In this document: positions 1 to 12,870 of the stretch, one piece after another
Position numbering within the stretch: position 1 is the stretch's first letter
Layout: each line of letters opens with the position of its first letter
Assembly (NCBI GenBank): GCA_038087875.1
Contig: CM075979.1
Coordinates: forward strand, 5,270,001-5,334,000
Origin: Malacoraja senta
Taxonomy: Eukaryota
Reading direction: 5' to 3'
DNA: 64,000 nucleotides
The notes under the pieces: generated by a model
The model's input: only the letters and a program-made list of their open reading frames with translations
What the model was told of the DNA's origin: nothing
The model's database searches: none
Position numbers and translations under genes: made by a program

Positions 1-105
1 AGAAAGGTCGGAATCGAAATGGCAGGGGGAGTTGAAGTGCTGAGCCACCGGGAGATCAGGTTGGTTAATGCGAACCGAGCGGAGGTGTTGGGCGAAGCGA
101 TCGCC
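1..105 (-). mobile_element. Penelope-like element GIY-YIG endonuclease fragment
   Basis: Reverse complement reads [26 protein letters not shown], matching the copy at 45035-45130. Confidence 0.8.
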
Positions 106-1249
106 ATGCCTATGCCATATGTTAACACAGATGTGTTAGCGCACTTGCAGAACGCTTTGATGAACTTCTACCCAATGTGTTTAACTTCTTATTTCTTCTT
201 CCAAGGGTTAAACCTCGACAGTCACCAAACCCCAGCTCCTCCAAAGTTGCCCAGAAGTTCGGTGGTGCCGATAAGTGTCCGCGATGCAGTCAGTCAGTGT
301 ATGCGGCTGAGAAGGTGATCGGAGGAGGGAAGGTATGGAAGATATAACTAACTTATTACCCCAATCCTGCAAATATTCAAGCAATAGATAACATGAAACA
401 GAGTGACTAGATGGAGGATGCCCAGATAGCTGGTATACCTCGTTCAAATATTCAATGAATGGTAGGGGCGGGGGACGGGGGGTGGAACACGTCCCCTCCA
501 TGTTTTGAGAGGTGGGGGACAATCCCCCCCATGTTTTTAATCCGATTTTTAAACGGTGAAAAAAAATCTATTAAAATCTCTGCTTTCCGCAAGACAGTGG
601 GGGTGTCACTGTGCACCGCTTGTTAAATGTCTCTATTAACATCGTATTAACACGATGTGTCACCAATTGCGTTTTTACCTTCAAGTTTTACTGAAGGTAT
701 TCACGGAGAATTTCTTAAAGCTGTCTGATGCGGGTACAGTTACCATTTGAACTGATTGGATGTATTGGTGGATGGAAAAGATTTAAACGAGTATCGGATT
801 TAAATGGGTCAGGTCATAAAGGGCTCCGGTCGAACGTGTTTCCTGGCTGGCTTGCAGGTAAGTCCCTCATTCAGGTCACTCACGTTATTTGGTATGTTTT
901 TCCCATCTCTCACTCCCCTCCAAGTTTGATTCTTCTGTTTGCCTTTATTTGCTACAGTTTTATTTGTTTGTGTTATTTATCACATTGTAGCTTTTGAAAG
1001 ATTCAAGCGGGTATCAGGGCTGAATCGGCACGTTCGCGGGGCCTTTCATCACCCGGCGTGGCTTAAAATCAAGCTACTGCATCGAGGCGATCGAGGCTCT
1101 CGATGTTGAAGCCCCTGGCGGCCGGATTTAGGCCGCGCCGGGCGATGAAAGGCCCCGCGAACGGGCTGATTCAAGCCCCACGGTTCGGGGCGGACGAAGC
1201 TGCTGTTGCTGGAGTTTGGAGTCGGTCACCAACCAGGTCAGCTCCCGAA

Positions 1250-1480
1250 GGTAGACAAAAATGCTGGAGAAACTCAGTGTATGAGAGCATCCATGGAGCG
1301 AAGGAATGGGTGATGTTTCGGGTCGAGACCCTTCCTCAGATCTGGTCTGAGGAAGGTTTGAGGAAGGGTCTTGACCCGAAATGTCTCCTATTTCTTCGCT
1401 CCATAGATGCTGCCTCACCCGCTGAGTTTCTCCAGCATTTTTGTCTATCTTCGATTTTTCCAGCATCTGCAGTTCGTTCT
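1250..1480. mobile_element. Penelope-associated inverted pseudo-LTR pair
   Basis: Arms ...aaatgctggagaaactcag...gagaccc / gaagggtc...ctgagtttctccagcatttt in inverted orientation. Confidence 0.75.
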
Positions 1481-1615
1481 TAAACAGGTCAGTTTCCGAT
1501 GTTACCGTCCACAGGGCCCCACGGCTGAAGCCTCCAAAGTCTCGCGTGCGTGTGTGTGTGAGCGGGGCCACCAAGGAATTATGTCCCCCCCATGTTTTGA
1601 TAGTGATTTCCGCCC

Positions 1616-1895
1616 CGGGGTGGCAGTGGTAGAGTTGCTGCCTCACAGGGCCAGAGACCAGGGTTCGATCCTGACTATGGGTGCTGTCTGCACAGTGTTT
1701 GTACATTCTCCCTGGGTTTTCTCCAGGTGCTCCAGTTTCCTCAGACACTCCAAAGGCATGCAGGTTTGTAGGTTAATTGGCTTCTGTAAATTGTCCCTAG
1801 TGTGTAGGATAGTGTTAGCCTACGGGGTGATCGCAGGTCGGCGTGGACTCAGTGGCTCGAAGGCAGCAACTCTACCGTTGCGCCACCTTGCCCCC
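1616..1895 (+). mobile_element. HE1-like tRNA-derived SINE
   Basis: A/B-box-like head (gtggcagtggtagag...ggttcgatcc) and V-SINE-type body. Confidence 0.8.
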
Positions 1896-2329
1896 CTAAA
1901 TGGCATGCAATGGTAACTCTGTTCTTTTCACAGATGCTGTCTGACGTGCTGAGTGTTTCCAGCATTTTCTGTCTTTATTTAAGAAATCCAGAATCTGCTG
2001 TTCTTTATTTCCATTTGCCTGCCACCACTGCATCTCCCGCCTTCGACATTTTCTCTCGTTGATTCACAGCGGTCTTGTCCCAGTTGTCAAATTTAAAAAG
2101 AATGTAACATTTCTTCTACAGGTCTGCAGCAGTGTGTGTCCATAGTGTTCGAGGATTTATTGAGCCGCTTGCAGCAGGCTCAACATCTGTCTCGGTGCCT
2201 GATGCAAGCCAGGCGTTGTCTTAAGGGGGAAAAAAAGTCAGACTGCCTCCCTCCTTCCTGCCTTTGGAGGTCCTGGCTGGAACTGTTTGCTTGAGCGTTT
2301 AGTGGACTGGGATTAGTCACCTGCAGGAG

Positions 2330-2735
2330 AGATGGTCTGAAGAAGTGTCTCGACCCGAAACGTCACCTATTCCTTTTCTCCAGAGATGCTGCCTGACCCG
2401 CTGAGTTACCCCGGCTTTTTGTGTCTATCTGCAGGAGAGATGAAGCTGGGCTTGGCAAAAGAATGAAACGTTGGGAGGAAAAACTGACCAGGTGGTCTGT
2501 GTAGGAAGGAACTGCAGATGCTGGTTTGCGCCGAAGGTAGACACTAAATGCTGGAGTAACTCAGCGGGTCACGCAGTATATCTGGAGAAAAGGAATGGGT
2601 GGGGGCCCTTCATCAGACTGAGTGTAAGGGGAGAGGGAACTAGAGGTTTGAAAAGTCTCGACCCGAAACATGACCCATTACCTTTCTCTGGAGATGCTGC
2701 CTGACCTGCTGAGTTACTCCAGCATATTGTGTCTA
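2330..2735. mobile_element. Cluster of Penelope-associated pseudo-LTR repeats
   Basis: Three arms of the same family, including hammerhead-like core 2337-2364. Confidence 0.75.
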
Positions 2736-2866
2736 GTCAGCTAGTCTCTTTACCTCTACTCATCCAAATCCTTTCTTCACTATTAATCCAACTAAATTCG
2801 ATTCCTCATTCCTTTCATTCATGTTCCTATATTTAAAAAATACCTTTTCCTTGTGTTTTTGTTGAT

Positions 2867-3066
2867 NNNNNNNNNNNNNNNNNNNNNNNNNNNNNNNNNN
2901 NNNNNNNNNNNNNNNNNNNNNNNNNNNNNNNNNNNNNNNNNNNNNNNNNNNNNNNNNNNNNNNNNNNNNNNNNNNNNNNNNNNNNNNNNNNNNNNNNNNN
3001 NNNNNNNNNNNNNNNNNNNNNNNNNNNNNNNNNNNNNNNNNNNNNNNNNNNNNNNNNNNNNNNNNN
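2867..3066. other. Assembly gap (200 N)
   Basis: Run of N. Confidence 1.
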
Positions 3067-3467
3067 CAGGCAGGTGGGACGAGTGTCGATTGGTGATCTT
3101 GGTCGACAGGGACAAGATGGGCCGGAGGGCCTGTTTCTGTGCTGGGTGACTATGATTCTTACTAGTCCGATGTACTTCTAGTGGGCATTTTCTTTTCAAT
3201 GTTACACAATGGGATGACACACTTTCCAGTGAGTTTACAAGGTATGCAGGAAATCTGTCCCTGAAGGGTTCAAAGAAAACTGGGCCCCAATGAGTTTAAA
3301 GGGAGCATGGGAGACTGGGCTGCAGGGAGTCTAAGAGATCATGGAGACAGGCACCAGTCAGTTTGAAGGGTTCATGGGAAACAAAACCTGCTCAGCCATT
3401 CACCAAGCCATTAGGATTTCTGAATTATCGGATTGTTGATATTAAGCAATAATATCAATTGTTTAAC

Positions 3468-3760
3468 GGCGGCACTGTGACGCAGCAGTAAAGTTGCTGC
3501 CTTACAGCGCTTGTAGCGCCGGAGATCCGGGTTCGATCCCGACTATGGGTTCTGTCTGTACGGAGTTCGTACGTTCTCCCCGTGGGTTTTCTTATAGATC
3601 TTCAGTTTCCTCCCACACTCCAAAGACGTACAGGTTTGTAGGTTAATTGGCTTGGTGGAAGTGTAAATTGTCCCTAGTGTGTAGAATAGTGTCAACGTGC
3701 AGGGATCGCTGGTTGGCACGGACTTGGTGGGCTGAAGGGCCTGTTTCCGCACTGTATCTA
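3468..3760 (+). mobile_element. HE1-like SINE, near full length
   Basis: tRNA-like head, central ctcccacactccaaagacgtacagg, CR1-like tail gaagggcctgtttcc. Confidence 0.85.
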
Positions 3761-6700
3761 AGCAGAATACACTGTAACGTACACACCAACATCATACAAT
3801 TTGAATTTACACAGCATGGTTTATTCTCATTTCCTTTGATGGTTTTGCTTCCCAAGTTTCCCAACAAACCCTCCTCGCCGGGACTGAACGTCACTCTCAT
3901 TAGATAACTGTAAGCACCTGCCTCTGGGATGTGAGGGTAATTTATGTTTTAGTGCAACTTTGCTTGCTTCAGTGTGGCCAGGTTGGTGTGGTACCATGGC
4001 AACCATCTCCTGTGGAGTGCACTCCTGGGGCTCTCACATACACTCTGTGTTCCAGAGATAGAAACCGTATCAGTGTCGACTGACAGCACGAGTAGCTGGG
4101 CCATGAACCCAAACTCCTCGTGCACTTGTTCTTTAATTGCAGTACTGCAGGCAGATGCACAACTCAAACCAATATAATGACACTATGCTGAACATGATGA
4201 GACAGAAGGAACCGCAGATGCTGGAATCTTGCATGGGACACAGAGAGCTGGAGTAACACAACAGGTCAGGCTGCATCTCTGGAGGACAAGGATAAGCAAC
4301 GCTTAGGGTTGGGACCTTTCTACCGTCTGAAGAAGGCAATGCCACCTACCCATGTTCTCCAGAGATGCTGCCTTCAGTTACTCCAGCACTTTGTGTAGCT
4401 TCACCACAATCAACGCCATTGACAGAGGGTTACTTTGCATTTGATATCAATTACCAATTAAAAAGAGCACTTTTTTCAAGAAACTCGTTCATTCCCACCC
4501 CAACCACCCCTCCCTAGGTACTTTCCCCTTTTATAGTGAACTTCTAAGTACTGGGTAACCTCATCCCTTGTAATTGACTCCAAAATCTTCCCAACCATCA
4601 AAGTCAGGCTAACCGGCCTAAAGTTTCCACTCTTCTGCTTTGATTTGTTGGCATTGCTGGCTTCCCTGAAAGCAGCATTGATTGCACTCACATGCCCGTA
4701 AGGGAGCCAAGTAACATAACCCAGCCCATTTCAAAGGGAATAATCCCAATTCCTCAATATGCAGGTGTTACAGAGTATTTCCTCATGGCTAATGCCACTT
4801 CAACTGGTCACATTTGACACCACTGTCGGACTGCCCAGGGGGCTGAATCCTTGTGAAACAAACACTGCCTCTCTACTTAAGATAGATACAAAGTGCTGGA
4901 GTAACTCAGCAAGTCAGGCAGCATCTCTGGAGAAAATGGATAGGTGATGTTTCGGGTCGGGACCCTTCTGCTGCCAGACCCACTGAGTTACTCCAGCATT
5001 TTGTGTCTATTTCTGGTATAAACCAACAATGCAATTCATGTTTTATTACATTATTACTGCTCTTTAATTTCTCGCCTTGCAATAATCTCCATTGTATCTT
5101 TATACACTGCACTGTGATAAACGAAAACCATACAATTTCAACTCCTACCACCGTAGCCGAGTGCCAAAATAACAAGGGCCGCAAATGTACAGAATCATCA
5201 TGAAAAGCCCCAATGCTTGTTTAAAAATTATATTTAATTGGTGACATTGTTCTGGGACATCTTGCAGTTTACACCAGTAGAGTGCAGTAATGTCACCACA
5301 GTTTGCTGCACTATAGACAACCTTGTACTGACGTGAGTTCCAGAGGAACACGAGGATCATGTGCGGAGCCTGGAATTGGAGATGACCACTACACAAATGT
5401 CCCTGATTAGGAACCAATGTGATCTGCCGGCTGAACAGTTAGGATAAAATTCTTCCATCCTTATCCCCTCATCTCACTTTCTGTCCGTTCATCTCTGAAC
5501 CTTTGTACAACCATCTTCGAACCAAAAACCCTCCTCACCTATATCCACCTATCACTTGCCAGACATTGTTCCCCCCCCCCACCTCTCTTCCAGCTTTATC
5601 CCTCCTACCGTTCCATATATGCACTAAAACCTGCCCCTACCTTTCCCTTTAAATCTTTGCCCTCTCACCTTAAACCTGCAGCCTTTAGTTTCTTCATTGC
5701 TGCCTGCAAATGTTACATTGACTGTGGTCTGAGGAGGTGTCCCGATCCAAAACGTCACATATCCATGTTCTCCAGAGATGCTGCCTGACCCGCTGAGTTT
5801 CTCCAGCACATTGCATCTTTTTTTTTTTTTAAGGACACCTTGGTGCTCCTCGTAAGTAGACTACAAGATAATCGATCCAACACCAAACAAGTGGTCCTCT
5901 CTGCACTCTGATGGTTGCCAACTACACAGTGCACCAACCAACAGGTGGTGGGGGGGAGACTATAACGATCCATCACTAATTATATATTAAATGAAATTGG
6001 AAACAACTGGATTTTAATCGTTAGTGCAATGCCCAATTAATTGAAGATGTCAAGTGGAGCAACATCCTCCCAAATACTTAATGAACCCACCTGAAGCATG
6101 ATTTCAATTATATATAAGTTGCCTAAACATTGTCCTGGCGAGTGGGAGATTTCAACCTTCACATGGTCCGCCCTATTTCAACGAATGCAATCAACCTGGC
6201 GTGCACAATCAAATAAGATCAAATAGAACAAGTTGTCCTCCAACTTTAGGCTGTGCACGCCATACGCAAGAAGAAGATACTCTTCCACAGATAGGTAGAT
6301 AATGATCATGGCCACCAAAAGTCTTGAAACAATGAGAACTGTTTCACACACCTGGGCTATTCTAAATCACCTGAATGGCAGCAAAAACATGTTTTACAGA
6401 TATTGCAGCACAAATGCATCACAATCTCGTGGATATTCATGTTTCCTGATAATCTCGGATTGCTAGATTACTTAACCATGATCTGCTTCCAGATTAATCA
6501 ATAATTTATTGGCTTCTCCGAAACCTCTTTAATCAACTGTGGCTTCTCCAAATCCTCAAGTCAGTCAAGCATGATCCCAGATGAAAATTTCATTTTCAAT
6601 GATCTCAGCTAATAAGGGGGGAAGAGTTTGGTTTGACAGGGATGTTTGCTCATATTAGATTGCTGATTCATGTCACAGCAGGCAGTAAATGTATTTTAGT

Positions 6701-7082
6701 GTGATCAATGATTTAGCTCTATCAAAGAGCAGGCTTTGGTACAAAGGACCAAATGCTCCTGTGTCACATCATTATGTGAATGTGACACGCAGACAATTTC
6801 ACCACAAAATGCAGAATTCCATTTGGTTCATTGCACATCTGAGGTAATATAATTGGAGGAGCCATGTTTAATTCAGCTGTTTAAATTGGTGAAAATGACC
6901 CTGCAGAATTTTTTTTGAAGAATATAATATTTTTCCAAGTGTCCCCATCAATATTAATCCATCTTGTGGGCCCGATGTGTATAAGTTTACTGATAGATTG
7001 ACCACATAACAAAGGAATGTATTGGCTGCAAAGCACGGGGACATCATGTGGATTTAATGTGAAATCCTCTAGGTAAATGCAA

Positions 7083-7450
7083 AGATAGACACAAAATGCT
7101 GGAGTAACTCAGCGGGACAGGCAGCATCTCTGAAGGGAAGGGATGGGTGACGTTTCAGGTCGAGACCCTTCTTCAGACTGTCCTACTGAAATAATTTCCA
7201 CGTGCCTCGACTCCATCCTATCTCCCCTGGTCCAATCTCTCCCGACCCATGTCCAAGATACCTCACATGCCCTTCGTCTCTTTAATGACTTCCGCTTTAC
7301 GAGCTCCCACTCCCTCATCCTTACTGCAGTCTGTAAGAAGGGTCTCGACCCGAAACGCCATCCATTCCTTCTCTCTAGAGATGCTGCCTGTTGCTCCAGC
7401 TTTTTGTGCCCATCTTCGGTTTAAACCAGCATCTGCAGTTCCTTCCTGCA
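7083..7450 (+). mobile_element. Truncated Penelope-like element: RT fragment between inverted pseudo-LTR arms
   Basis: Internal 7180-7322 reads CPTEIISTCLDSILSPLVQSLPTHVQDTSHALRLFNDFRF (PLE RT-like), flanked by inverted arms. Confidence 0.75.
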
Positions 7451-8616
7451 CATTAACTAAATGCAAAGATTCTTTCTCTCACAGCTGATGCCATTCATTC
7501 TGGGTTGTGGGAGCCGAGGTGGAGATAGATATTATGTGTGAACGGCCAGAGATTTATTCTCCGTCTCAAAGGGACCCTTTCAATTTGCTTAGTTGGTTAA
7601 TCATTTTCAATTACTTGTTTAATGTATGTGGATCTCTGTGGCTCGAGATGTGTGCAACTGCAGATAGTTGTCAAGGACTTGGGCCAAGTTAACGCCATTG
7701 TCATGAATGCTCAGTTCAAAATGTATGTTTGCACAATTCCATGATCTATCAGTTTGGTGGTACTATTCATTATAAACTTCAGCCTTTTCATCAGCAGCTG
7801 GCTTTGGTTTGATAGATTAATTTGCTTGCGTTATAAGTACGGTACGTAATGTGTGAAGGATGCATGAGGCAAATGTACCCATTATAAATTGAAAGCCTTA
7901 TCCATTTCATTTATTGCCTGTAAATGTCACATCACAGCTTTTAGATGCGTGCGTATTATCTGATTAATTTAGCAGACTGCAAGAAATATCCTGGCATCAC
8001 ACAATAGAACACACTCATACCGCAATGACTGACCTTTCACAAACTGTGCCTGCATTTAATCAGAAACTGCATCCTTACTCACGTTTCCTATGGTGTCTAA
8101 CCAGGATGATAAACAGCACTGGGTAAATGCTCAGCAATCTTCTGACCAAAAGGGCTTCTGAGTCCAGTCACTTGAAAGTCTATTAAAGCAAATGCCGTTA
8201 ATTTTGTAAAGCTAATTATTCATCGCCACTGGCAGGAGGTTAAAGTTTTGCCGTTCATTATTTCAAAGGGCTTTGACTTAATCAAGAAAAAATATGTAAT
8301 TACAGTAATAGTACAGCAAGTGTAATGTTGCTGCAGTTAAAAGCACAAATTGATGACCTTCTCTTGGCATTTTTTTGGCCCACTAATGATATTTATTACA
8401 TACATTCCTTTGTCCACCGCGACATTTATTGAATTACTCCATCACAATATGGTCTGACATATTAATAGGTGAGCACATCTGGATGTTTGTCAGACACAAA
8501 ACACCTCCCAGTGCATTGCTGCAAGGATTTCTCTGGTCATTACCAACTCCTTCCACTTTCAATTGCTCCACGATAACCCTTCCCCCATCAGGTGGTCAGA
8601 TGTGGGGATGTTTACC

Positions 8617-8972
8617 ATAGAGTCAGACAGTGTGGATACAGGCCCTTCGGCCCAATTTGCCCACACCGACCAACATTTCCCATCTACACTAGTACTACCT
8701 GCCTGCGTTTGGCCTATATATCCCTCTAACCCTGTCCTACCTATGAACCTGTCTAATTGTTTCTTAAATGTTGCAATAGTCCTCAACAACCTCCTCCAGC
8801 AGCTTATTTCAGACACCTTTGTGTGAACCCCTCTGATTCCTATTAAATCTTATCCTCGTCACCGTAAACCTATGTCCTCTGGTTCTCGATTCCTCTGCTC
8901 TGGGCAAGAGACTCTGTGCATCTACCCGATCTATTCCTCTCATGACTTTATACGCCTCTTTAAGATCACCAC
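8617..8972 (-). mobile_element. CR1/HER1-like LINE 3' fragment
   Basis: GDLKEAYKVMRGIDRV...SRTRGH motif and CR1 tail. Confidence 0.8.
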
Positions 8973-9345
8973 TTACCCGTGGTATTTTATTTGAGTTAGC
9001 CAGACTGAAGTTTGTGGCCATAAAACACTGATAATATTCATAATGAGCTGATTAATTGAGAAATAACACGTTTCTTATGTTGCAAGGTATTGACCGAGTC
9101 TAAGGTACACAAAAATGCTGGAGAAACTCAGCGGGTGCAGCAGCATCTATGGAGCGAAGGAAATAGGTAACGTTTCGGGCCGAAACCCTTCTTCAGACCG
9201 AGTCTAAGTGTGTAATTAATTCCCTTGACAAAAATGGCTTTACATATTATCAAACTCTCCAATAACATCCTGGGATTCATCACCGACCAAGAAGTACGTT
9301 TACAAGAAGTAAATTCATGTAAGCACCATAATCACACTGTGATGA

Positions 9346-9652
9346 GGGCAGCACAGTGGCACAGCGTTAGATCCACTGCCTTACAGCGCTAGAGACCCGG
9401 GTTAGATCCTGACTACGGGTGCTTGTCTGTACGGAGTTCGTACGTTTTCCCCGTGACTTGCCTGGGATTTCCCCGAGATCTTCAGTTTCCTCCCACACTC
9501 CAAACACGTACAGGTTTATAGGTTAATTGGCTGGGTATAAATGTAAATTATCCCCAGTGTGTGTAGGATAGTGCTAATGTGCGGGGATCGCTGGTTGGTG
9601 CGGACTCAGTGGGCTGAAGAGCCTGTTTGAGTGCTGTATTTCTAAACAACTA
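9346..9652 (+). mobile_element. HE1-like SINE
   Basis: Same family consensus as 3468-3760. Confidence 0.85.
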
Positions 9653-11719
9653 AAAAGGTTGAAGGCTGAAGATTCCACTGGGTGAGTGACTTGCCCATCT
9701 ACATTCTACGACCTTTAAAATAGATTATTCTGATACATATTTCTGTCACATGTTCACGTTGACAAAGCTAACTTTTGTGACCAAAGTTACAGATAGAGGA
9801 ACGTCCAAGGATATCATTTATCAAATGCTATCCGGAAATTCAACAACAGTCTCTCATAAAACTATTAGCTAAATATGAAGTTCATGGATTTAAAGGCAAA
9901 CTATTGACTAAATTAGGATAATGACAAATCAACAGCAGAAACCAAATCATCACCAGACCCTTGAAAGCCTCATTGGAAGCACAGCAAAGATTCACCATAA
10001 TCATAGCTGGACTTTAGGGGTTAAATTATTGGGTAAGTTTATACAAATTATGATTGTTTTCTTGAAATGTAAAAAATTGGGGATAGATATAAAGTTTTAA
10101 AGATATTAAATAGAAAAAGCCCAGAAAGAGAAAAACTCAATTGCATGGGAGATCTGGGAATAAGGAGCCATCTAAAAATCAGAGCCAGACTTTCAGAAAT
10201 GGTTAGGGAGCATATTTTCCTGCCAAATTTTCACAAATCTTGTGCATAGAAGTGTGGAACTAATTTCCACAAAAGGCAATGTGAACCTGGGTCAACTGTT
10301 CCATGGACAATATTAAGGGATATTGTGGTAAAAGTGAATATTTGGATTTGGGTCACAGATTAACTGGATACAATTGAAAGATGGAACATATCCAAAGGGA
10401 TAAGTGGCTTCTGATCCTAATTTCCTACTGATATGTAAAATGCGCAGATCATTTTAAAATATGTTTTCTTCTAAATTCAGACATGTGCACAAGAAGGCAT
10501 TAATTAGAATTAGAGGGGGATAGAAAAATAGGTGCAGGATTAGACCATTCGGCCCTTCGAGCCATTGCTGATCATCTAAAATCAGTACCCCGTTCCTGCT
10601 TTTCCCCATATCCCCGATTCCTTTACCCCTAAGAGCTAAATACAGCATGGAAACAGACCCATCAGCCTGGAATCCTTGCTGACAACAACTACCCATTTAC
10701 TCATATTTTACATCAATCTTGTTTCTATTCTCCCCATATGTTGATCAACTTTCCCCAGATTCTACCACTCATCTAAATACCCAGAGGGGCATACACAGTG
10801 ACCAATTAACCCACATCTTTGGGATGAGGGAGGAAAAACCCAGCCCCCAAAGAACACCTCCAGTTTCAGGAAGAATATGCAAGCTCCACACAGATAACAC
10901 CAGAAGGCAGAATTGAACCTGGGTCTACCATCTGAGCCTACTGTGCTGCCTCAAGTTTCCCTAGTTCAACAATTAAATGATGTGGAAGTTATAAAAATCA
11001 CATTTTATACTGATAAGTACTGTCTGCGCCCACTTTGACAGAACAAGCTCAGTGGTAAGCTGCCGATAAAGATGCTTACCACTGCATAACTAACCGTTTA
11101 TGTTACAAATGCCAACACATTTTCAGATGGGCTAGTTTGCTAGGGTTGTCAGCATTTTTGTATTACCCGTGGATGCTTCTAAAAATCAAAGATTCATCTG
11201 TCAGAAATAGACAGTTAATGTTTCAGGTGAATGACTTTCTCATATTGGGACACGAGTCTGAAATGTTCACTCCCCTCTCTCTTCTCAAATTCTGACGTGG
11301 AGAACTGGGCTTTATTTCAGATCTCCAGCATCTGCTGTACTTTAATATTAAAGTACTTGCTGCAATGATCAAAACCAAGCATGGATAAAGACAAAGTGAC
11401 ATTAAAAGAAATATTAATTTTTACCTCCAACATTTGTCATGATATAAAGTTCATCATCAAGGACCCACACCACACTGGCCACACTCCCATTTTACTCCTG
11501 CCATCGGGAAGGTGGTATAGGAGTCTGAAAACTGTGACCTCCAGGTTCAAAAACAGCTTCTTCCCAACAACCATCAAGCTCTTGAACAGTACAAACACTA
11601 ACCTACAAACTATGAACTGTCTTGGGTGTATACTGAGGACTTAAGGCTTTTTTGTGCTAATCATGTTTTTTTTTTTTAATTTATTGAACTTTTTTTTAAA
11701 TATGATGTTATCCACAAGA

Positions 11720-12165
11720 TTGATCTCAGGAATGAGTAGGTGAACCTATGATGAGCGTTTGTCGACAATGGGCCTGTACTCGCTGGAGTTTAGAAGAAGA
11801 ATGGGGGTCCTCATTGAAACATACAGAATAGTGAAAGGCTTGGTTAGAGTGGATGTGGAGAGGATGTTTCCACTAGTGGGAGAGTCTAGGACTAGAGGTC
11901 ATAGCCTCAGAATTAAAGGACGTTCTTTTATTAAGGAGACGAGGAGAAATGTATTTAGTCAGAGGGTGGTGTATATGTGGAATTATTTGCCACAGGCTGT
12001 GGAGGCCAAGTCAGTGGATATTTTTAAGGCAGAGATAGATATATTCTTGATTAGTACAGGAATCAGATGTTATGGGGAGAAGGCAGGAGACTGGGGTTAG
12101 GAGGGAGAGATAGATCAGCCTTGATTGAATGGCCTAATTCTATTCGTATCACTTATGACATTATG
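11720..12165 (+). mobile_element. CR1 LINE 3' fragment
   Basis: [16 protein letters not shown]...[10 protein letters not shown]...FSQRVV ORF2 C-terminus. Confidence 0.88.
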
Positions 12166-12471
12166 ATCTATGAGTACTTTGTTTACAGATCTGTTAAGCT
12201 GCTGCAAGTAATAATTCGTTTTCAGTACATGTGACAATTAAACACTCTTGACTCAGCTCTTGAACATTGACAAAACAGACTGAGCGTTGGTGCAATTGGA
12301 GACAAGAGGGTATATTCAAGTTCAGGCGTGTCCATACCCGAGAACACAAATCATACATGAAAGTTTATCTTTGAAATTAACGGTCATTTTATCCTCAACA
12401 AGAAATGGTAATTGTAAAAATATCTCATTAAAAAGTGTACAATTTTATACATTTTAAAGTATCAATTTGAT

Positions 12472-12477
12472 TTTAAT
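12472..12477 (-). terminator. Candidate polyadenylation signal (ATTAAA) for ZDHHC13
   Basis: ATTAAA on minus strand ~255 nt after the stop in AT-rich 3' UTR-like sequence; not unique. Confidence 0.3.
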
Positions 12478-12731
12478 CTTATTCACAAATATATGACTTA
12501 CATTTCACCCCTGACATTGATACTCTTTGACAAGTACCCCATTACTTAGTGAAGCCGATCATGTCTCAAAACATTTAAAACAAAGCCACAATTTAAGTTA
12601 TTGAAATCACATATCACCTGAGATGTACATGAATTATACAACTGATAGGAAACGTTTGCCCGTTCTTATCTTCCATCGCAAGCAAGAAATCTATACATAC
12701 GAGTCATTACAAATTTCCCCCCAGACGCTTA

Positions 12732-12870
12732 TCATACAAACTGAAACTGAGTTGTTCTTGGCTGCTCAAGGCTCATGGTGTAAAGCTGACTCCAGTCAAC
12801 TTTGCTTGGTTTAAACAGACCAAAACAGCGGCACTGGAAGAAGTCCACTAGATTCTGGAAACAGCCATGA
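12732..12870 (-). CDS. ZDHHC13: ZDHHC13 terminal exon 17 coding part ([45 protein letters not shown])
   Basis: AG acceptor, PaCCT-type motif, TGA stop. Confidence 0.95.

Noticed and set aside
3468-3545. tRNA-like sequences at SINE heads
   Set aside because: A/B boxes belong to HE1-like SINEs and continue into the SINE body; not tRNA genes.
3990-4003. Isolated X-box-like GGTACCATGGCAAC
   Set aside because: Single motif without promoter context; could be chance.
1-12400. CSRP3 exons expected from human synteny
   Set aside because: No LIM-domain or YGPKG/FGP motifs found by eye on either strand.
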